Source: an uncultured archaeon
GTDB taxonomy: Archaea; Asgardarchaeota; Lokiarchaeia; Sigyniarchaeales; SOKP01
Length of the DNA: 51,969 nucleotides
Assembly (NCBI GenBank): GCA_964632315.1
Contig: CAZWEM010000032.1
Span: forward strand, 1 to 51,969
Direction: 5' to 3'
A model generated the notes under the pieces. The model saw only the letters and a list, made by a program, of their open reading frames with translations, was not told the origin of the DNA and ran no database searches. Both the position numbers and the translations under genes were made by a program. Numbering within the stretch: position 1 is the stretch's first letter; every line of letters begins with the position of its first letter. Shown here piece by piece: positions 20,165 to 31,564 of this stretch.

Positions 20165-21982
20165 ATGGCAAATTATACTGGAGGAGAAATAATCTCTAAA
20201 TATTTGATCAAAGAAGGAGTAAAATATGTAGTAGGAATCCCCGGTCATGGCTGTTTAGGATTAGTGGATGCATTTTTTAAGGATAAAGAAAAGTTGAAAT
20301 TAATCCAGCCAAAACAAGAAATGTCAGGAGTTCATCTTGCAGTTGGATATTACAGAATAACAGGAAGGCCTTTATGTGTATTTACTTCGATCGGTCCAGG
20401 GGCTATTAACACCGCTATCGGTCTTGCTGATGCATTTGTAGATTCCTTTCCCGTTTTGTGCATTACTGGAGATACACACGTGCATATGAGAGGAAAGGGA
20501 GTTTTACAGGAAATTGAAAGAAAAAAAGATTCTAATATGCCTCGTATTCTCGAGCCCGTTGTTAAACGCAGTTTTGAAGTAAGTTCTGTTGGGCAACTAC
20601 CAACAATAATGCAGAGAGCATTCAATATAATGCTTTCTGGAAGAAGAGGTCCAGTCCATATAGACTTACCAATGGATGTTCAAGCAAAGGCAATTGAAAC
20701 AGAAATTCCAGAACCAAATCAACATAGATCGTTAGGTAGAATTCTTGGAGACCCAAATAATATAAAGAAAGCAGCAGAATTGCTAAAAACAGCGAAAAGA
20801 CCAGTTTTATTTATAGGTGGTGGTGCTGTGACCTCAAGAGCTCATAATGAGGTGAAAAAATTAGCTGAAAAAGTAGGAGCGGCTGTAGTGGTTACAATGA
20901 TGGGCAAAGACATCATTGATAATTCTCATCCGTTATATTGTTGGTCAGCAGGCTCGAAAGGAACAACAGTAGGTTTAGAAATGACTTCTAATGCAGACGT
21001 AATTCTTGCCGTGGGATGTCGATTCGCTGATGAAAGTGCTAGTTCGTATAAGCAAGGAGTAACCTTTTCGATTCCTCCCACCAAATTGATACAAATTGAT
21101 TTAGATCCTTATGAAATAGGAAAGAATTATCCAACCACTATTGGCATCGTAGGTGATGCAAAATCAACCCTAAATCATCTTCTTGAAGCACTAGGTGATT
21201 ATCAAAAAAAATATGAAAGCACAGAATATTTTCTTAAAATGCAAAATGAAAAGAAAAAGTGGTTTGATTTTCTAAAGAATAATACAGACGACTCCAAAGA
21301 ACCAGTAATGATTTCCACTGTTTTACAAGAGATTAGAAAATTTTTTGATCGCGACGCGGTAATTGTCACTAGTTCCGGAAATGTCCAAGCTCAAATGCTT
21401 CAAGAGTTAGAATTCTATGAACCCAATACCTGCTTAACTGCTGGAGGATTCTCAACGATGGGATATTGCGTACCCGCTGCAATAGGGGCAAAATTAGGCT
21501 CCATTAATATAAACAAACCGGATAGACAAGTTGTTGCGTTGGTTGGGGATGGTGACTTTATGATGACAATCTCAGAGCTGTCCATGGCAGTTCAATTAGG
21601 ACTTAAAAATATTTACTTCATAGTGATTAACAATCATGGATGGATTGCAATTAAAGATTTACAACAAGCAGCCTTCGGAGAAGAAAGAGGATATGGGACC
21701 GCTTTCGAAGATAATAACGGTAATTCATACTCACCATATTTTGCTAAGATTGGAGAAGCATTTGGATGTTATGCTGAAAGAATATCAAAAAAAGAAGAGA
21801 TCATACCTGCATTAGAAAATGCCGCGAAATCGAATAAACCTGCGGTGATTGAGATTGAAGTTCAAAGAGAATATCCATTTACTGGCAGTCCAGCAGTAGG
21901 TTGGTGGGATGTCCCAAGACCAGCTTATTTAACTCAACAAAGAAAAGAATATGAAGATCAAATTAAAGGAGAAAAATTATAA
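20165..21982 (+). CDS. ThDP-dependent enzyme, IolD-like
   Basis: GDGDF...NN ThDP motif; GIPGHG, TSIGPGA.N, VLQEIE, FSTMGY and C-terminal WWDVP are IolD-like. Confidence 0.75.
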   Translation: MANYTGGEIISKYLIKEGVKYVVGIPGHGCLGLVDAFFKDKEKLKLIQPKQEMSGVHLAVGYYRITGRPLCVFTSIGPGAINTAIGLADAFVDSFPVLCITGDTHVHMRGKGVLQEIERKKDSNMPRILEPVVKRSFEVSSVGQLPTIMQRAFNIMLSGRRGPVHIDLPMDVQAKAIETEIPEPNQHRSLGRILGDPNNIKKAAELLKTAKRPVLFIGGGAVTSRAHNEVKKLAEKVGAAVVVTMMGKDIIDNSHPLYCWSAGSKGTTVGLEMTSNADVILAVGCRFADESASSYKQGVTFSIPPTKLIQIDLDPYEIGKNYPTTIGIVGDAKSTLNHLLEALGDYQKKYESTEYFLKMQNEKKKWFDFLKNNTDDSKEPVMISTVLQEIRKFFDRDAVIVTSSGNVQAQMLQELEFYEPNTCLTAGGFSTMGYCVPAAIGAKLGSININKPDRQVVALVGDGDFMMTISELSMAVQLGLKNIYFIVINNHGWIAIKDLQQAAFGEERGYGTAFEDNNGNSYSPYFAKIGEAFGCYAERISKKEEIIPALENAAKSNKPAVIEIEVQREYPFTGSPAVGWWDVPRPAYLTQQRKEYEDQIKGEKL

Positions 21983-22020
21983 TTTTTTTTGGTTTGGAAT
22001 CCCTCAAATGGTAGAATAGC

Positions 22021-22869
22021 TCATAAATTTAAATGCTCTAATAATAAATCCGTTAAATCCTTCAGGATTAACACTTTAAATATATCCCTTTCTCTTGCTT
22101 CTACCTTCAACTTCCCTTTCATAAACGCATCTATCGGATTTGTTTCAAAAATTATCTCTGCTGAAGTTCTAAAACCCATTTCAAATCTAAGATTTGGATT
22201 AGATATTTCTCCAACTGCCCAACCTAACTTGCCGTTTACAACGCGTACGAAATACTTGCCAATGTTCCTAATATTCATTTGAATGGTAAGATCCTCCCCT
22301 AAAATCATCTTTTTAGCCCTTGGATTGCTATTAGTAAAGACTGTTAGGATCTCAAAAAATAAAGGAATGTGGATTGGCTCTAAAACAGAGATCCCTCTTG
22401 CGTATATATCAAAAAGCTTTTTGAGGGATGACGAATCCAAAACTAAATTTATTTTTTGACCTGTTTTTAATTGACTAATACTTATAGCTTCTATTACTTG
22501 AAAAAATTCCAAAAGATAGTAAAAATCTCCACTGATAATAAAAAGTTCAGAAAAAAAGGCTTCAATTGGATCTAACTCGCCTATAAACAGCTTGAATAGA
22601 ACTTCAACACTTGAGGTAATCGAAAAGTCATAAAAGTCTATTTTACCAATCCCATATTCGGCATAACAATCATGAATAGTGAGAAAAAAAGAATCCTCCT
22701 CTTTTAAATTTAAAATCATTGAAATATCTTTTTTCCTTACCATTTCCTGAATTTTCTTACTTTCATTAACTAGGTTGCAGAAAAGTCTCAAGATTTCTTC
22801 TACATTCTCAATATTGTATACTATTTCTCCTATATCCATTAATTTTTTTAACTTAGTTATAAAGTCCAT
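22021..22869 (-). CDS. Protein with two SCP2 sterol-carrier-like domains
   Basis: Twice 'DPIEAFFSELFIISGD' / 'NPIDAFMKGKLKVE', typical SCP2 C-terminal motif. Confidence 0.7.
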   Translation of the reverse strand: MDFITKLKKLMDIGEIVYNIENVEEILRLFCNLVNESKKIQEMVRKKDISMILNLKEEDSFFLTIHDCYAEYGIGKIDFYDFSITSSVEVLFKLFIGELDPIEAFFSELFIISGDFYYLLEFFQVIEAISISQLKTGQKINLVLDSSSLKKLFDIYARGISVLEPIHIPLFFEILTVFTNSNPRAKKMILGEDLTIQMNIRNIGKYFVRVVNGKLGWAVGEISNPNLRFEMGFRTSAEIIFETNPIDAFMKGKLKVEARERDIFKVLILKDLTDLLLEHLNL

Positions 22870-24426
22870 TTAATCACGTTTAGTATAAATAGAATATTTT
22901 GAATCGAGTTTTTCTTTCAAAGCAGGGGGAAATCTAAACTCCTTCGAGTAAAAATTAAATATTTCATTGTCTATTTCTTTTTGTTCCATCAAATAATAAT
23001 AGTTTTGATCTAGTTTCTTTTTTGCTATGATGCTTCTCACTATATTCTCTACTTTAGACTTTAGTTCTATTGATGGGATTACATAAGGTAAAGAATGAAT
23101 TCCAGATATTTGAATACTATTTGTGTTATTAATAATTCCCTTAGCTAGATAATTATATAATGAACTATTCAGCAATCCTAAAATATATTCGATTGAAGCT
23201 GATTTATCCTTAAGAATAAACCCTATTGCTTTATTTGAATCCCAATAACATCCTTCAGGCATATATCGAGCTGCAAGTCGGGAACTTACACCACTGATCA
23301 CAATACCTTCTTTTTGGAAAGGAGCATTCCTCGGGATATCATATATTTCAATCGCTTCTTCATCCCAGTATAAGGCTTCAAATATAGGACGAAAATATTG
23401 ATCCACACCACCACGTTTTAAATAAGGACGCCATTTCTCCGACTTAAATTCTTTATATGATATTATGCGATATTTATCCTCAGTTTTTTTAATTTTTTGG
23501 TTTTTCTTTTTAAATATTTCTGCTAATTCACTTCCCTCGATTGCAGCGATATATTTTTTATTATTATGAGTATGCATCCCGATAAAACCTTTTAAGAATG
23601 CTTCTAATTTGGGTGCCTTTTCAAAGAGTTTAATTATTTGATCTTCGACATTTATATGAAATATGTGAAATGGAAGGCTGAAATACTTTTTTTGCTTTAC
23701 ATAATGTTTTAACGGGGGCTCATAATAATCATCTTCAGTTTGTAATCTTGGAACGAGCCTAATTTCATTATTAAGCCTATTTTTATTGTTCTTAGTACCA
23801 GTTCTTTTAGTTAAAATGATGATGACTGGACTTGTGTTTACATCTTGATCATCAAACAAATTATTTGGAGCTAGAGTTATTTCATTTATAAGACAAGATT
23901 GAAGTATGAAATCCCTCAATTTTTCATGTGTGGTTAAAGTCAAAAATGAATCGCTAGTAATGAATCCAAGGGTTCCACCTTCTTTTAATCTCCAAATTCC
24001 ATTGACTATGAACATGGAATATGTCTCATGAGCATTGATATCTCCATATATCTTTTTTAAATCTTTTCGATGCATCTTTATATATTTACTGCTTTTGTTC
24101 AAATACGGTGGATTTCCAACGATAAAATCAAATTTATTTTTGTCTTCATCATTATAAGATAAGATACTATCTATTTGTGTGAAATTTATACCAACATCCT
24201 CGATATTATCTCTATATCTATTATCAAGATCATATGCATATATTTGTTTTTTTTGAACACCTCGCTTTAATAATCCCTTAATGAAGATTCCATGACCAAC
24301 GCATGGATCGAGGATCTTTTGTCCTTCTTCTATTTTTCCCAAACGTGAAATAATGTATTCTGCAGTCTTAACTGGTGTAAAAACTGCCCCTAGCTCTTTT
24401 TCACTGAAATTATCGGAAATCTTCAT
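22870..24426 (-). CDS. N6-adenine DNA methyltransferase (gamma class, TaqI/Eco57I-like)
   Basis: GAVFTP, motif I LDPCVGHG, motif IV VGNPPY, TaqI-C-like YILGLLNSSL. Confidence 0.88.
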   Translation of the reverse strand: MKISDNFSEKELGAVFTPVKTAEYIISRLGKIEEGQKILDPCVGHGIFIKGLLKRGVQKKQIYAYDLDNRYRDNIEDVGINFTQIDSILSYNDEDKNKFDFIVGNPPYLNKSSKYIKMHRKDLKKIYGDINAHETYSMFIVNGIWRLKEGGTLGFITSDSFLTLTTHEKLRDFILQSCLINEITLAPNNLFDDQDVNTSPVIIILTKRTGTKNNKNRLNNEIRLVPRLQTEDDYYEPPLKHYVKQKKYFSLPFHIFHINVEDQIIKLFEKAPKLEAFLKGFIGMHTHNNKKYIAAIEGSELAEIFKKKNQKIKKTEDKYRIISYKEFKSEKWRPYLKRGGVDQYFRPIFEALYWDEEAIEIYDIPRNAPFQKEGIVISGVSSRLAARYMPEGCYWDSNKAIGFILKDKSASIEYILGLLNSSLYNYLAKGIINNTNSIQISGIHSLPYVIPSIELKSKVENIVRSIIAKKKLDQNYYYLMEQKEIDNEIFNFYSKEFRFPPALKEKLDSKYSIYTKRD

Positions 24427-25592
24427 TTATTCTCATAGTATTGCTTTACATTTTCGATTAATAACTCGCACAATCGCTTCAAATTGGTCGTATTTACTTT
24501 ATCTATCGTGTCTTCCTTAGAATGCATGTACTTATAAATGCTTAAGTCGCCAAATTCGATTCCTTGATACATCTTTTTTTTAATGTAGGTTCCGTCAGAA
24601 TGAGTACCAAAGTTGATCTTTTTAGATTTTTGCCCGATTTCTAAACCTATCTTATTGTTTAAAAAACTATTATAAAATTCATCATAACCCACTGGTTTAA
24701 AAATGCTGTCAAAAATCGTTATACCGCTTCCAACCGAATCAAAATTTACAAGCATAAATAAATTTCTGTCAAATACCTTTAACCTTTTATATAAATTACG
24801 AATTCCCATAGTTCCCGTCTCTTCACATCCTGTAAAGACAAACCAAGACTCTACATTTTCTAATCTATTATTTTCGTCTGTATAATGCCTTAGTAATTCA
24901 AGAACACACACGATCCCTGATGCATTATCTATAGCTCCAGGAGATGAATTTTTAGTTGTATTTATCCCGATTAATAAAGTTGATATTACATTTATACTGA
25001 GGGGGATCCCCCCTAAGATAATGAATATTATACTTAAATTGGGAGAAGATAACTCTTTTAGTAAAATAAAACAGATAGTAATTAACGCACTAAAAAACCA
25101 TGCTCTCATCGATCTCACTCGAGCTAAAATTGATAATTTTTGTCCTTTAGAATCTAAATGGCAAGAAAAAACAATAATTCGTTTTGGATTTTTTTTTTTA
25201 TTATTATCTGATCTTTTAACTGCCTTAAGCCTAACAAAAAGATTAGCAGATTCTAGTTTCTTATAAAATTTTACGTTTTCTGGATTCCTCATAACTATGA
25301 ATAAAATTATCAATATAGGGCTAATTATTATTAAGACAAAAGAGGCAAGAGTCAAATTAATAAAAAATAATAATAATATAATAAAACCTGAAATAAACCC
25401 TATTTTCGGATAGGAACGAGAATAAAAAGTACTAAATTCAAATTCCTGTACTTGGGGCTTTAAACCTAAATCTAAAATTTTGTTATATGCTAAATCGAAT
25501 GCTCTTTTTTCGTGAATTGTCCCCGAAAGTCTTGGAAATGAAAACTCTTCTAAATTTTTCTTGATAACTAATTCATCAATCATGATAATCAA
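24423..25592 (-). CDS. Membrane-anchored M28-family metallopeptidase (paralogue of 11693-13003)
   Basis: [36 protein letters not shown]. Confidence 0.85.
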   Translation of the reverse strand: MIIMIDELVIKKNLEEFSFPRLSGTIHEKRAFDLAYNKILDLGLKPQVQEFEFSTFYSRSYPKIGFISGFIILLLFFINLTLASFVLIIISPILIILFIVMRNPENVKFYKKLESANLFVRLKAVKRSDNNKKKNPKRIIVFSCHLDSKGQKLSILARVRSMRAWFFSALITICFILLKELSSPNLSIIFIILGGIPLSINVISTLLIGINTTKNSSPGAIDNASGIVCVLELLRHYTDENNRLENVESWFVFTGCEETGTMGIRNLYKRLKVFDRNLFMLVNFDSVGSGITIFDSIFKPVGYDEFYNSFLNNKIGLEIGQKSKKINFGTHSDGTYIKKKMYQGIEFGDLSIYKYMHSKEDTIDKVNTTNLKRLCELLIENVKQYYENK

Positions 25593-27256
25593 TCTATAAA
25601 AGCTCCATATTTAGCAGAACTGACTAATTTTCTATATAATTTCAAATAACCAGATAGTTCATTATTTTGAGGTTTTTTCCAGTTTTTTAACCTTTCTTCA
25701 ATTTCTTTATCTGGTATTAAAAGATTTATAATTCTATTTTTGATATCTATTTCTATCAATTCTCCATCTCTAACAATTGCTATAGGTCCACCTTCATAAG
25801 ATTCGGGGCACACGTGACCAACACACGGTCCTCTTGTGGCTCCAGAATATCGTCCATCTGTTACCATTGCTACTGAGTCTCCAAAGCCCATTCCTACTAA
25901 AATCGCTGCAGGGATTGATAATTCACGCATTCCTGGTGAACCTTTGGGGCCCTCATTCCTAATAACTAGTACATCACCTTCATTTATATTTCCAGTAACT
26001 AATGCATTCCTTAAGTCTTCCTCAGATTCGAATACTCTAGCTGGCCCTTTATGATATCGCATTTTTTCACTTACAGAGCTTTGTTTAATGACACATCCTT
26101 CTGGGGCTAAATTACCCTTTAATATTGCGATCCCCCCCTCATTAGAAAGTGGATCATCGACATTTCGAATTATTTGATAATCATTGACCTCAATTAAATC
26201 TAAAAAACTTTTTAAATTTATCCCCATCACGGTTTTAGTAGATGTATTTAATAACTTGGTTAGTTTTTTCATTAAAACTTTAACTCCTCCTGCTTCATGA
26301 AAATCACTCAAATTATAATTTGATGATGGCTTGAACTTGGCTAGTAATGGAGTAGATCTATTCAAACTTTCAAAGTCAAAATGACTCAAGTTTCCCCCTA
26401 ATTCATGAGACAGGGCGCACATGTGAAGTATAATATTGGTAGATCCCCCTACAGCAAGAGCAACTCTAATAGCATTTTCTATTGACTCGTGGGTGATGAT
26501 ATCTGTGGCTTTAGTTCCATTTTCTACTAATTCTACGACTTTTTTTCCCGATTCTCTACTCAAATCATTTCTTTCCTGACTCATCGAACTCATGGTGGCA
26601 CATCCTGGTAAAGAAAGCCCCATAGCCTCCACGATACAAGCCATTGTATTGGCGGTTCCCATCATATTGCATGCTCCCGGTGTAAAACAAGTTTCTTGCT
26701 CAATTAACATGAATTCTTCCGCGGATAGCTTGCCACTTCTAAATTCTCCGATAGCCTCTTTAATATCTGAGGTAACATAAGTCTTACCTTTTAATGGACC
26801 TTCTTTAAATATCTTAGGTTCCATTATCCCTCCTGTGACAAAAATAGTAGGAATGTTACATCTCACTGCTCCAATCAGCATTCCTGGAATAATTTTATCA
26901 CATGAACAAAGCATGACCATTCCATCAAACTCATATGCTTTAATAGTACATTCTACGGAATTTGCAATTACTTCTCGAGAGGGTAAAATGAATTTTGAGA
27001 AATTTCCAGAATTGGCGATTCCATCACACGAACCAATGGTATTAAACTCCATGGGGGTAGCTCCCGCTTCCTTAACACCTTGTTTAACAAATTCTCCTAT
27101 CTTACGTAGATGAATATGACCTGGATTAATCTCACTCCAAGAATTTACAATTGCTATTCTAATCTTCTTTAAATCTAAGTTCGAGAACCCACACGCATGA
27201 AAAAGTGCTCTTTCATAAGCTTTAGTAGGGTCTAGGTCGCGATCTAGAGTATTCAT
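25589..27256 (-). CDS. ilvD: Dihydroxy-acid dehydratase (IlvD/Edd family)
   Basis: [45 protein letters not shown]. Confidence 0.9.
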   Translation of the reverse strand: MNTLDRDLDPTKAYERALFHACGFSNLDLKKIRIAIVNSWSEINPGHIHLRKIGEFVKQGVKEAGATPMEFNTIGSCDGIANSGNFSKFILPSREVIANSVECTIKAYEFDGMVMLCSCDKIIPGMLIGAVRCNIPTIFVTGGIMEPKIFKEGPLKGKTYVTSDIKEAIGEFRSGKLSAEEFMLIEQETCFTPGACNMMGTANTMACIVEAMGLSLPGCATMSSMSQERNDLSRESGKKVVELVENGTKATDIITHESIENAIRVALAVGGSTNIILHMCALSHELGGNLSHFDFESLNRSTPLLAKFKPSSNYNLSDFHEAGGVKVLMKKLTKLLNTSTKTVMGINLKSFLDLIEVNDYQIIRNVDDPLSNEGGIAILKGNLAPEGCVIKQSSVSEKMRYHKGPARVFESEEDLRNALVTGNINEGDVLVIRNEGPKGSPGMRELSIPAAILVGMGFGDSVAMVTDGRYSGATRGPCVGHVCPESYEGGPIAIVRDGELIEIDIKNRIINLLIPDKEIEERLKNWKKPQNNELSGYLKLYRKLVSSAKYGAFID

Positions 27257-27322
27257 AATTTTAATTAAATTATTTCCTTAAATGATAGTTGTTATATTCA
27301 ATTAAAAATTTTAAAATCTATC

Positions 27323-28429
27323 ATGTTGAAAGTAGGGATAATCGGCACTGGCGTAATTTTTGATTTAAATATTCTAGGCTATTTGCACAATCCAGATGTT
27401 AAAATTAGCGCTCTTTGCAATAGAACAATAGAAAAAGCAAGCGAAAAAATTGGAAAATTTAATCTTGATAAAAATATTCCGATTTATTCTGATTATAGAG
27501 AAATGTTAGATAAAGAAGATTTGGATATCATAGAGATACTTACACCTCATCATTTACATTCTGAGATCACTATGTATGCCGCTCTAAAGAAAATTAAAGC
27601 TATATCCGTACAAAAACCAATGGCACTAAATTTAAAAGAAGCAGATAATATGATTAATGCGTGTGAGGAGAATAATTCAATTTTATCAGTTTATGAAAAT
27701 TTCTTTTTCCTCCCTCATATTTTGAAAGCTAAAGAATTGATTCAAGCCGATTACATTGGGGATCTAACTTCAATTCGCATAAAAACTGTAATGGGATTGA
27801 AAGGAGGATGGAAAATTCCAGAAAGTGCCAATGAATGGCGTAAAAATCCAAAAATGATTGGGGGAGCAAAGGAAGGTTCTCCAGTGCTTTTAGATAATGG
27901 ATGGCATGCTTTTTCATTAGCGTCTTGGATAATTGGAGAAGATATTGAAAAAGTTTTTGCTTGGACGGATAAGTTCCACGGCATTGATGTCCCTGCATAT
28001 GTTATGTTCAAATACAAACAAAAAATAGATCATGTTGTTCCTCAATATGGGCATATGGAATTTAACTTGATGCCAGATGCTAGAATTCCTTCAAAATACT
28101 ATCCAACTGATGAATTTATTGAAATAATCGCCACACGTGGGATTATGAAAATTAATCAAGGAACATCAATAGGAAATACAATGTCGAAATCCGAAATTTT
28201 TGCCCCCATAATTATAATTAGGGACGGGAAAGTAGAAAAACTGGATAAATTTCAGAAGGATTGGAAATTTAGCTTCATAAACGCTACGAACCATTTCATT
28301 GAGGTGGTAAAAAATAATAAAGAGCCGATTTTATCGGGAAGAGAAGCAAGGGAGATTTTGAAATTTAATTTAGCTGCTATTAAATCATCAGAATTAGGTC
28401 GAGAAGTGTTGTTAGAAGAAATACAATGA
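27323..28429 (+). CDS. Gfo/Idh/MocA-family NAD(P) oxidoreductase
   Basis: GIIGTG, TPHHLH, VQKPMA, LDNGWH. Confidence 0.9.
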   Translation: MLKVGIIGTGVIFDLNILGYLHNPDVKISALCNRTIEKASEKIGKFNLDKNIPIYSDYREMLDKEDLDIIEILTPHHLHSEITMYAALKKIKAISVQKPMALNLKEADNMINACEENNSILSVYENFFFLPHILKAKELIQADYIGDLTSIRIKTVMGLKGGWKIPESANEWRKNPKMIGGAKEGSPVLLDNGWHAFSLASWIIGEDIEKVFAWTDKFHGIDVPAYVMFKYKQKIDHVVPQYGHMEFNLMPDARIPSKYYPTDEFIEIIATRGIMKINQGTSIGNTMSKSEIFAPIIIIRDGKVEKLDKFQKDWKFSFINATNHFIEVVKNNKEPILSGREAREILKFNLAAIKSSELGREVLLEEIQ

Positions 28430-28435
28430 ACTTCG

Positions 28436-29683
28436 TTATTGTTCGTACTGGTATTTAAAAATTTTGTTTTCTAATCCGTTTTTAATTCCTTTTCTGAGAT
28501 CTGCTTTCGCTCTCCTTAAATATTTACTGAAACCACTTTGATCGATATCATCTGGTTCAGACACTACACAGGATTTATTAACCTCATTTTCAACAGTCAT
28601 CTCCTTCCAAAAAACTGGTCGTTTTTCTTGTTGCGAAATGTATGGCATCTTGGCTAACACACATAGATTTTTTCCTTGTTCTCCAGTATATATTGGGTCT
28701 GTATCTTCTTTAATTGCTTTTATGAAATGTTCCGTGGAATTAATGAAAGAAAACCTCCAATCCCTAGGTAAATTTTCGCCATAACTATTTACCTGCCCAT
28801 TTGAAAAAGTCACAATTGGAGGGAATTGTGGACTCTTGGAAATAAAATTCCCTCCTGAAGTGCATTGGTTTAACCACATCACTCCTTTAGTGCCTGTGAT
28901 TTCAATATATTCATCACAATCATAATAATTGCTTGGATAATATACATTTGGAGCTAATGTAAATTGAAATGAACCGTACTTTGGTATATCTTTACTAGGA
29001 TATTTGAAAAAAACATAATTTGGGGAGTCTATGAGTGTTGCAAAATAATCTATCCACCCATAGACTTTTTCCACGCGTTCTTCCCCCATTAACCAGAGTG
29101 CCATAGAAAATTTATGAATCCCATCATCAAAGACATGAGGTCCACCTCCGCATGTTTCCATTCTACGGCGCCATACAAGAGATTTAAGATCTCTGGGCAT
29201 ACTTGGTCCTCCTGTCAAGATAGTATTTATCCTAAAACTCATTAACTCACCAATTATCCCCGTATCAAGAAGTCTTTTTGCCTCAAGATGAGATGGGTAA
29301 AACCTGAAATTCTCATATAATTTCAGTTTTACTTTTTCTTGTTCACACGTTTGAATCATCTTCTCACAATCTGAGATTGTGTGAGCTAAAGGTTTTTGGA
29401 CACTTATACCAGAAATTCCTGCTTTTGCAGCATATTCTGTCATTGGAGCATGTAAATGATGAGGTGTAAGGATTTCAATGATATCCAGATCCTCCTGGTC
29501 GATCATCTTTGTGTAATCTGAATATATCCTAACAGTTCTTAAACCCCACCTTTCTAATTTGTGTCCAGCATTCACAATGTCTACATCACTTACTGCTACT
29601 ACTTCAGCATCATGTGAATATAAATACCCAAGTATATTCATATTTGCAATCTCTCCCGTCCCAACAATGCCAACTCTTAACAT
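28436..29683 (-). CDS. Gfo/Idh/MocA-family NAD(P) oxidoreductase (convergent paralogue)
   Basis: GIVGTG, LDIIEILTPHHLH shared with its neighbour, VQKPLA, FDDGIH. Confidence 0.9.
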   Translation of the reverse strand: MLRVGIVGTGEIANMNILGYLYSHDAEVVAVSDVDIVNAGHKLERWGLRTVRIYSDYTKMIDQEDLDIIEILTPHHLHAPMTEYAAKAGISGISVQKPLAHTISDCEKMIQTCEQEKVKLKLYENFRFYPSHLEAKRLLDTGIIGELMSFRINTILTGGPSMPRDLKSLVWRRRMETCGGGPHVFDDGIHKFSMALWLMGEERVEKVYGWIDYFATLIDSPNYVFFKYPSKDIPKYGSFQFTLAPNVYYPSNYYDCDEYIEITGTKGVMWLNQCTSGGNFISKSPQFPPIVTFSNGQVNSYGENLPRDWRFSFINSTEHFIKAIKEDTDPIYTGEQGKNLCVLAKMPYISQQEKRPVFWKEMTVENEVNKSCVVSEPDDIDQSGFSKYLRRAKADLRKGIKNGLENKIFKYQYEQ

Positions 29684-29761
29684 AATCCTACATTTATTGT
29701 TTGGTTAATCTCTTAAATTTTCTTGATTTTATAAATTTTAATTTAAAGCTGCAAACGATCT

Positions 29762-30970
29762 TCATCTTAAGCAACAATTTTTATATTTCTTTCCACTCCC
29801 ACAGGGACACATTTCATTTCGTCCAATTCTTTTTGTGTATAATAATTTAGGATCAATTTCCCTTTTTCCTTGCTTTATCATATTAGAAATTATCTTAAAT
29901 TTTGGTAATGTTGAAGTATAAAACTTTTTCCAACCCTCACATAAATCACTTAATATTTTTGGATTTCTATGAAAAGGTTTTCGAGTTTTTAGGCAATCTC
30001 CATGACAAAACTCTAAATAAGCACAATTATCGCAAGCTTCATTCCATATAGCTTTTTGAGCTCCGAATTTTAGATATTTTGGCGAATTCAAAAAATCTTC
30101 CCATTTACCTGTCATGATATTGCCAAGAAGTAAGTCGTCTCTCACAAAGAAATCACAAGGGTAAACTCCACCATCATATTCCACAACAAAATATTGGCAA
30201 CAGTTTTTATTCATGTAACAAACATTATAATTGTTCATAACTAAAAATTCAATAATTGAATCAAATTGTCTCACAGAAACCTTGTTAATGTCTTCTCTAC
30301 TCCACTCATCAAAAATGTCGCATAAAAAAGAACCCCATTGAGCTCCTGTAATTGAATAATTCGTAATGTTGCCATTTTGTTCATATTCAACACAAGGAAT
30401 ATACTGGTGATAATAAAATCCATTATCTACAAGGTAATGATAAATATCTCTGGCATTTTGAATTGATTGGTCATTTACGAGAACTAAAATGTTGAATTCA
30501 ACATTATATTTGTTAAGTTTTTCAATCCCTTTTAAAACTAAGGAATGAGTTTTAGTTCCACCAATAGTTTTTCGATAATAATCGTGGATATCAACTGGTC
30601 CATCCAAGCTAATACCAAGTAAAAATTTGTATTCATGGAAAAATTTTGCAAAATCATCAGTTATTAATGTTCCATTCGTTTGAAGTCCATTGTTAATTAG
30701 TGCGTTTGGTGGCGCATACTTAAGCTGAAAGTTAACAACTTTCTCGAAAAATTCAAGTCCCATTAGTATAGGTTCCCCACCTTGCCAGCCAAAAGAATAA
30801 TTATTGTTTTGATCGGTATCCATATAACTGTGAATCATTTGTTCGAGGATTTCATCCGACATGCGAGGTCGATCAAGCTGATCAATTAAGTGATCTATGT
30901 AAAAACAATATGTACACCTTAAATTACAATCAGCAGAAGCTGGCTTAATCAGCAAGGAAAAAGGTTTCAT
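29762..30970 (-). CDS. Anaerobic sulfatase maturase (radical SAM/SPASM) with C-terminal SEC-C motif
   Basis: KPASADCNLRCTYCFY, WQGGEP, YPCDF, SPASM cysteines, GRNEMCPCGSGKKYKNCC. Confidence 0.9.
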   Translation of the reverse strand: MKPFSLLIKPASADCNLRCTYCFYIDHLIDQLDRPRMSDEILEQMIHSYMDTDQNNNYSFGWQGGEPILMGLEFFEKVVNFQLKYAPPNALINNGLQTNGTLITDDFAKFFHEYKFLLGISLDGPVDIHDYYRKTIGGTKTHSLVLKGIEKLNKYNVEFNILVLVNDQSIQNARDIYHYLVDNGFYYHQYIPCVEYEQNGNITNYSITGAQWGSFLCDIFDEWSREDINKVSVRQFDSIIEFLVMNNYNVCYMNKNCCQYFVVEYDGGVYPCDFFVRDDLLLGNIMTGKWEDFLNSPKYLKFGAQKAIWNEACDNCAYLEFCHGDCLKTRKPFHRNPKILSDLCEGWKKFYTSTLPKFKIISNMIKQGKREIDPKLLYTKRIGRNEMCPCGSGKKYKNCCLR

Positions 30971-31087
30971 AATATTAAAAAATCACTAATTCTATAACAA
31001 AAATCTACTAAGATTTAATTAGATTATTCTTATCAAGCAAAATAAATAATATATAAAAAAATAAAAATTTTAAGCTAAATTGGAAAC

Positions 31088-31504
31088 TTATTCTTCAAAA
31101 TTTTCCATAGCTATACCTAAAATCTCACCATAGGCAATTGCATCTTGGAGATTACCATCGATAACTAAATCTCCGGACATATAAGCACTTGTGGAGTCAA
31201 GCTCACCAGAGGCTAAACCTCCCCATGTTGCTGCTGTAGCAGACATAGTTACACTTGGATCTTCAGCTTCTCCTTCTGCATAATCAAAATTCCCTTCTCC
31301 CATACTGATGTAATACTTGTAATCCTGGTCTGTTACAATCATTTGGACCACCATTTCGTCAATATCTTCTAATTCTTCTTTTAAATCCTCGTCTTCAGCT
31401 GCAACTTGTTTTACAAATTCATACATCAATAGAGTATCAGAAGGTTTACTAGCTCCTTTTTCTCTCATTTCCTTTAATTTGTTAATTAAATCCTGATCAA
31501 CCAT
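31088..31504 (-). CDS. SCP2 sterol-carrier-domain protein
   Basis: Acidic 138-aa protein; GELDSTSAYMSGDLVIDGN motif; start at MVDQ. Confidence 0.85.
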   Translation of the reverse strand: MVDQDLINKLKEMREKGASKPSDTLLMYEFVKQVAAEDEDLKEELEDIDEMVVQMIVTDQDYKYYISMGEGNFDYAEGEAEDPSVTMSATAATWGGLASGELDSTSAYMSGDLVIDGNLQDAIAYGEILGIAMENFEE

Positions 31505-31564
31505 TTTTAAATCAACTATCTTTGTTTTTTTAAGTATATTTAACATATACTTCTATTTAAAAAT

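Noticed and set aside
22021-24426. Restriction-modification system
   Set aside because: The genes flanking both MTases are SCP2, peptidase, lipid or membrane genes; no nuclease motif was found.
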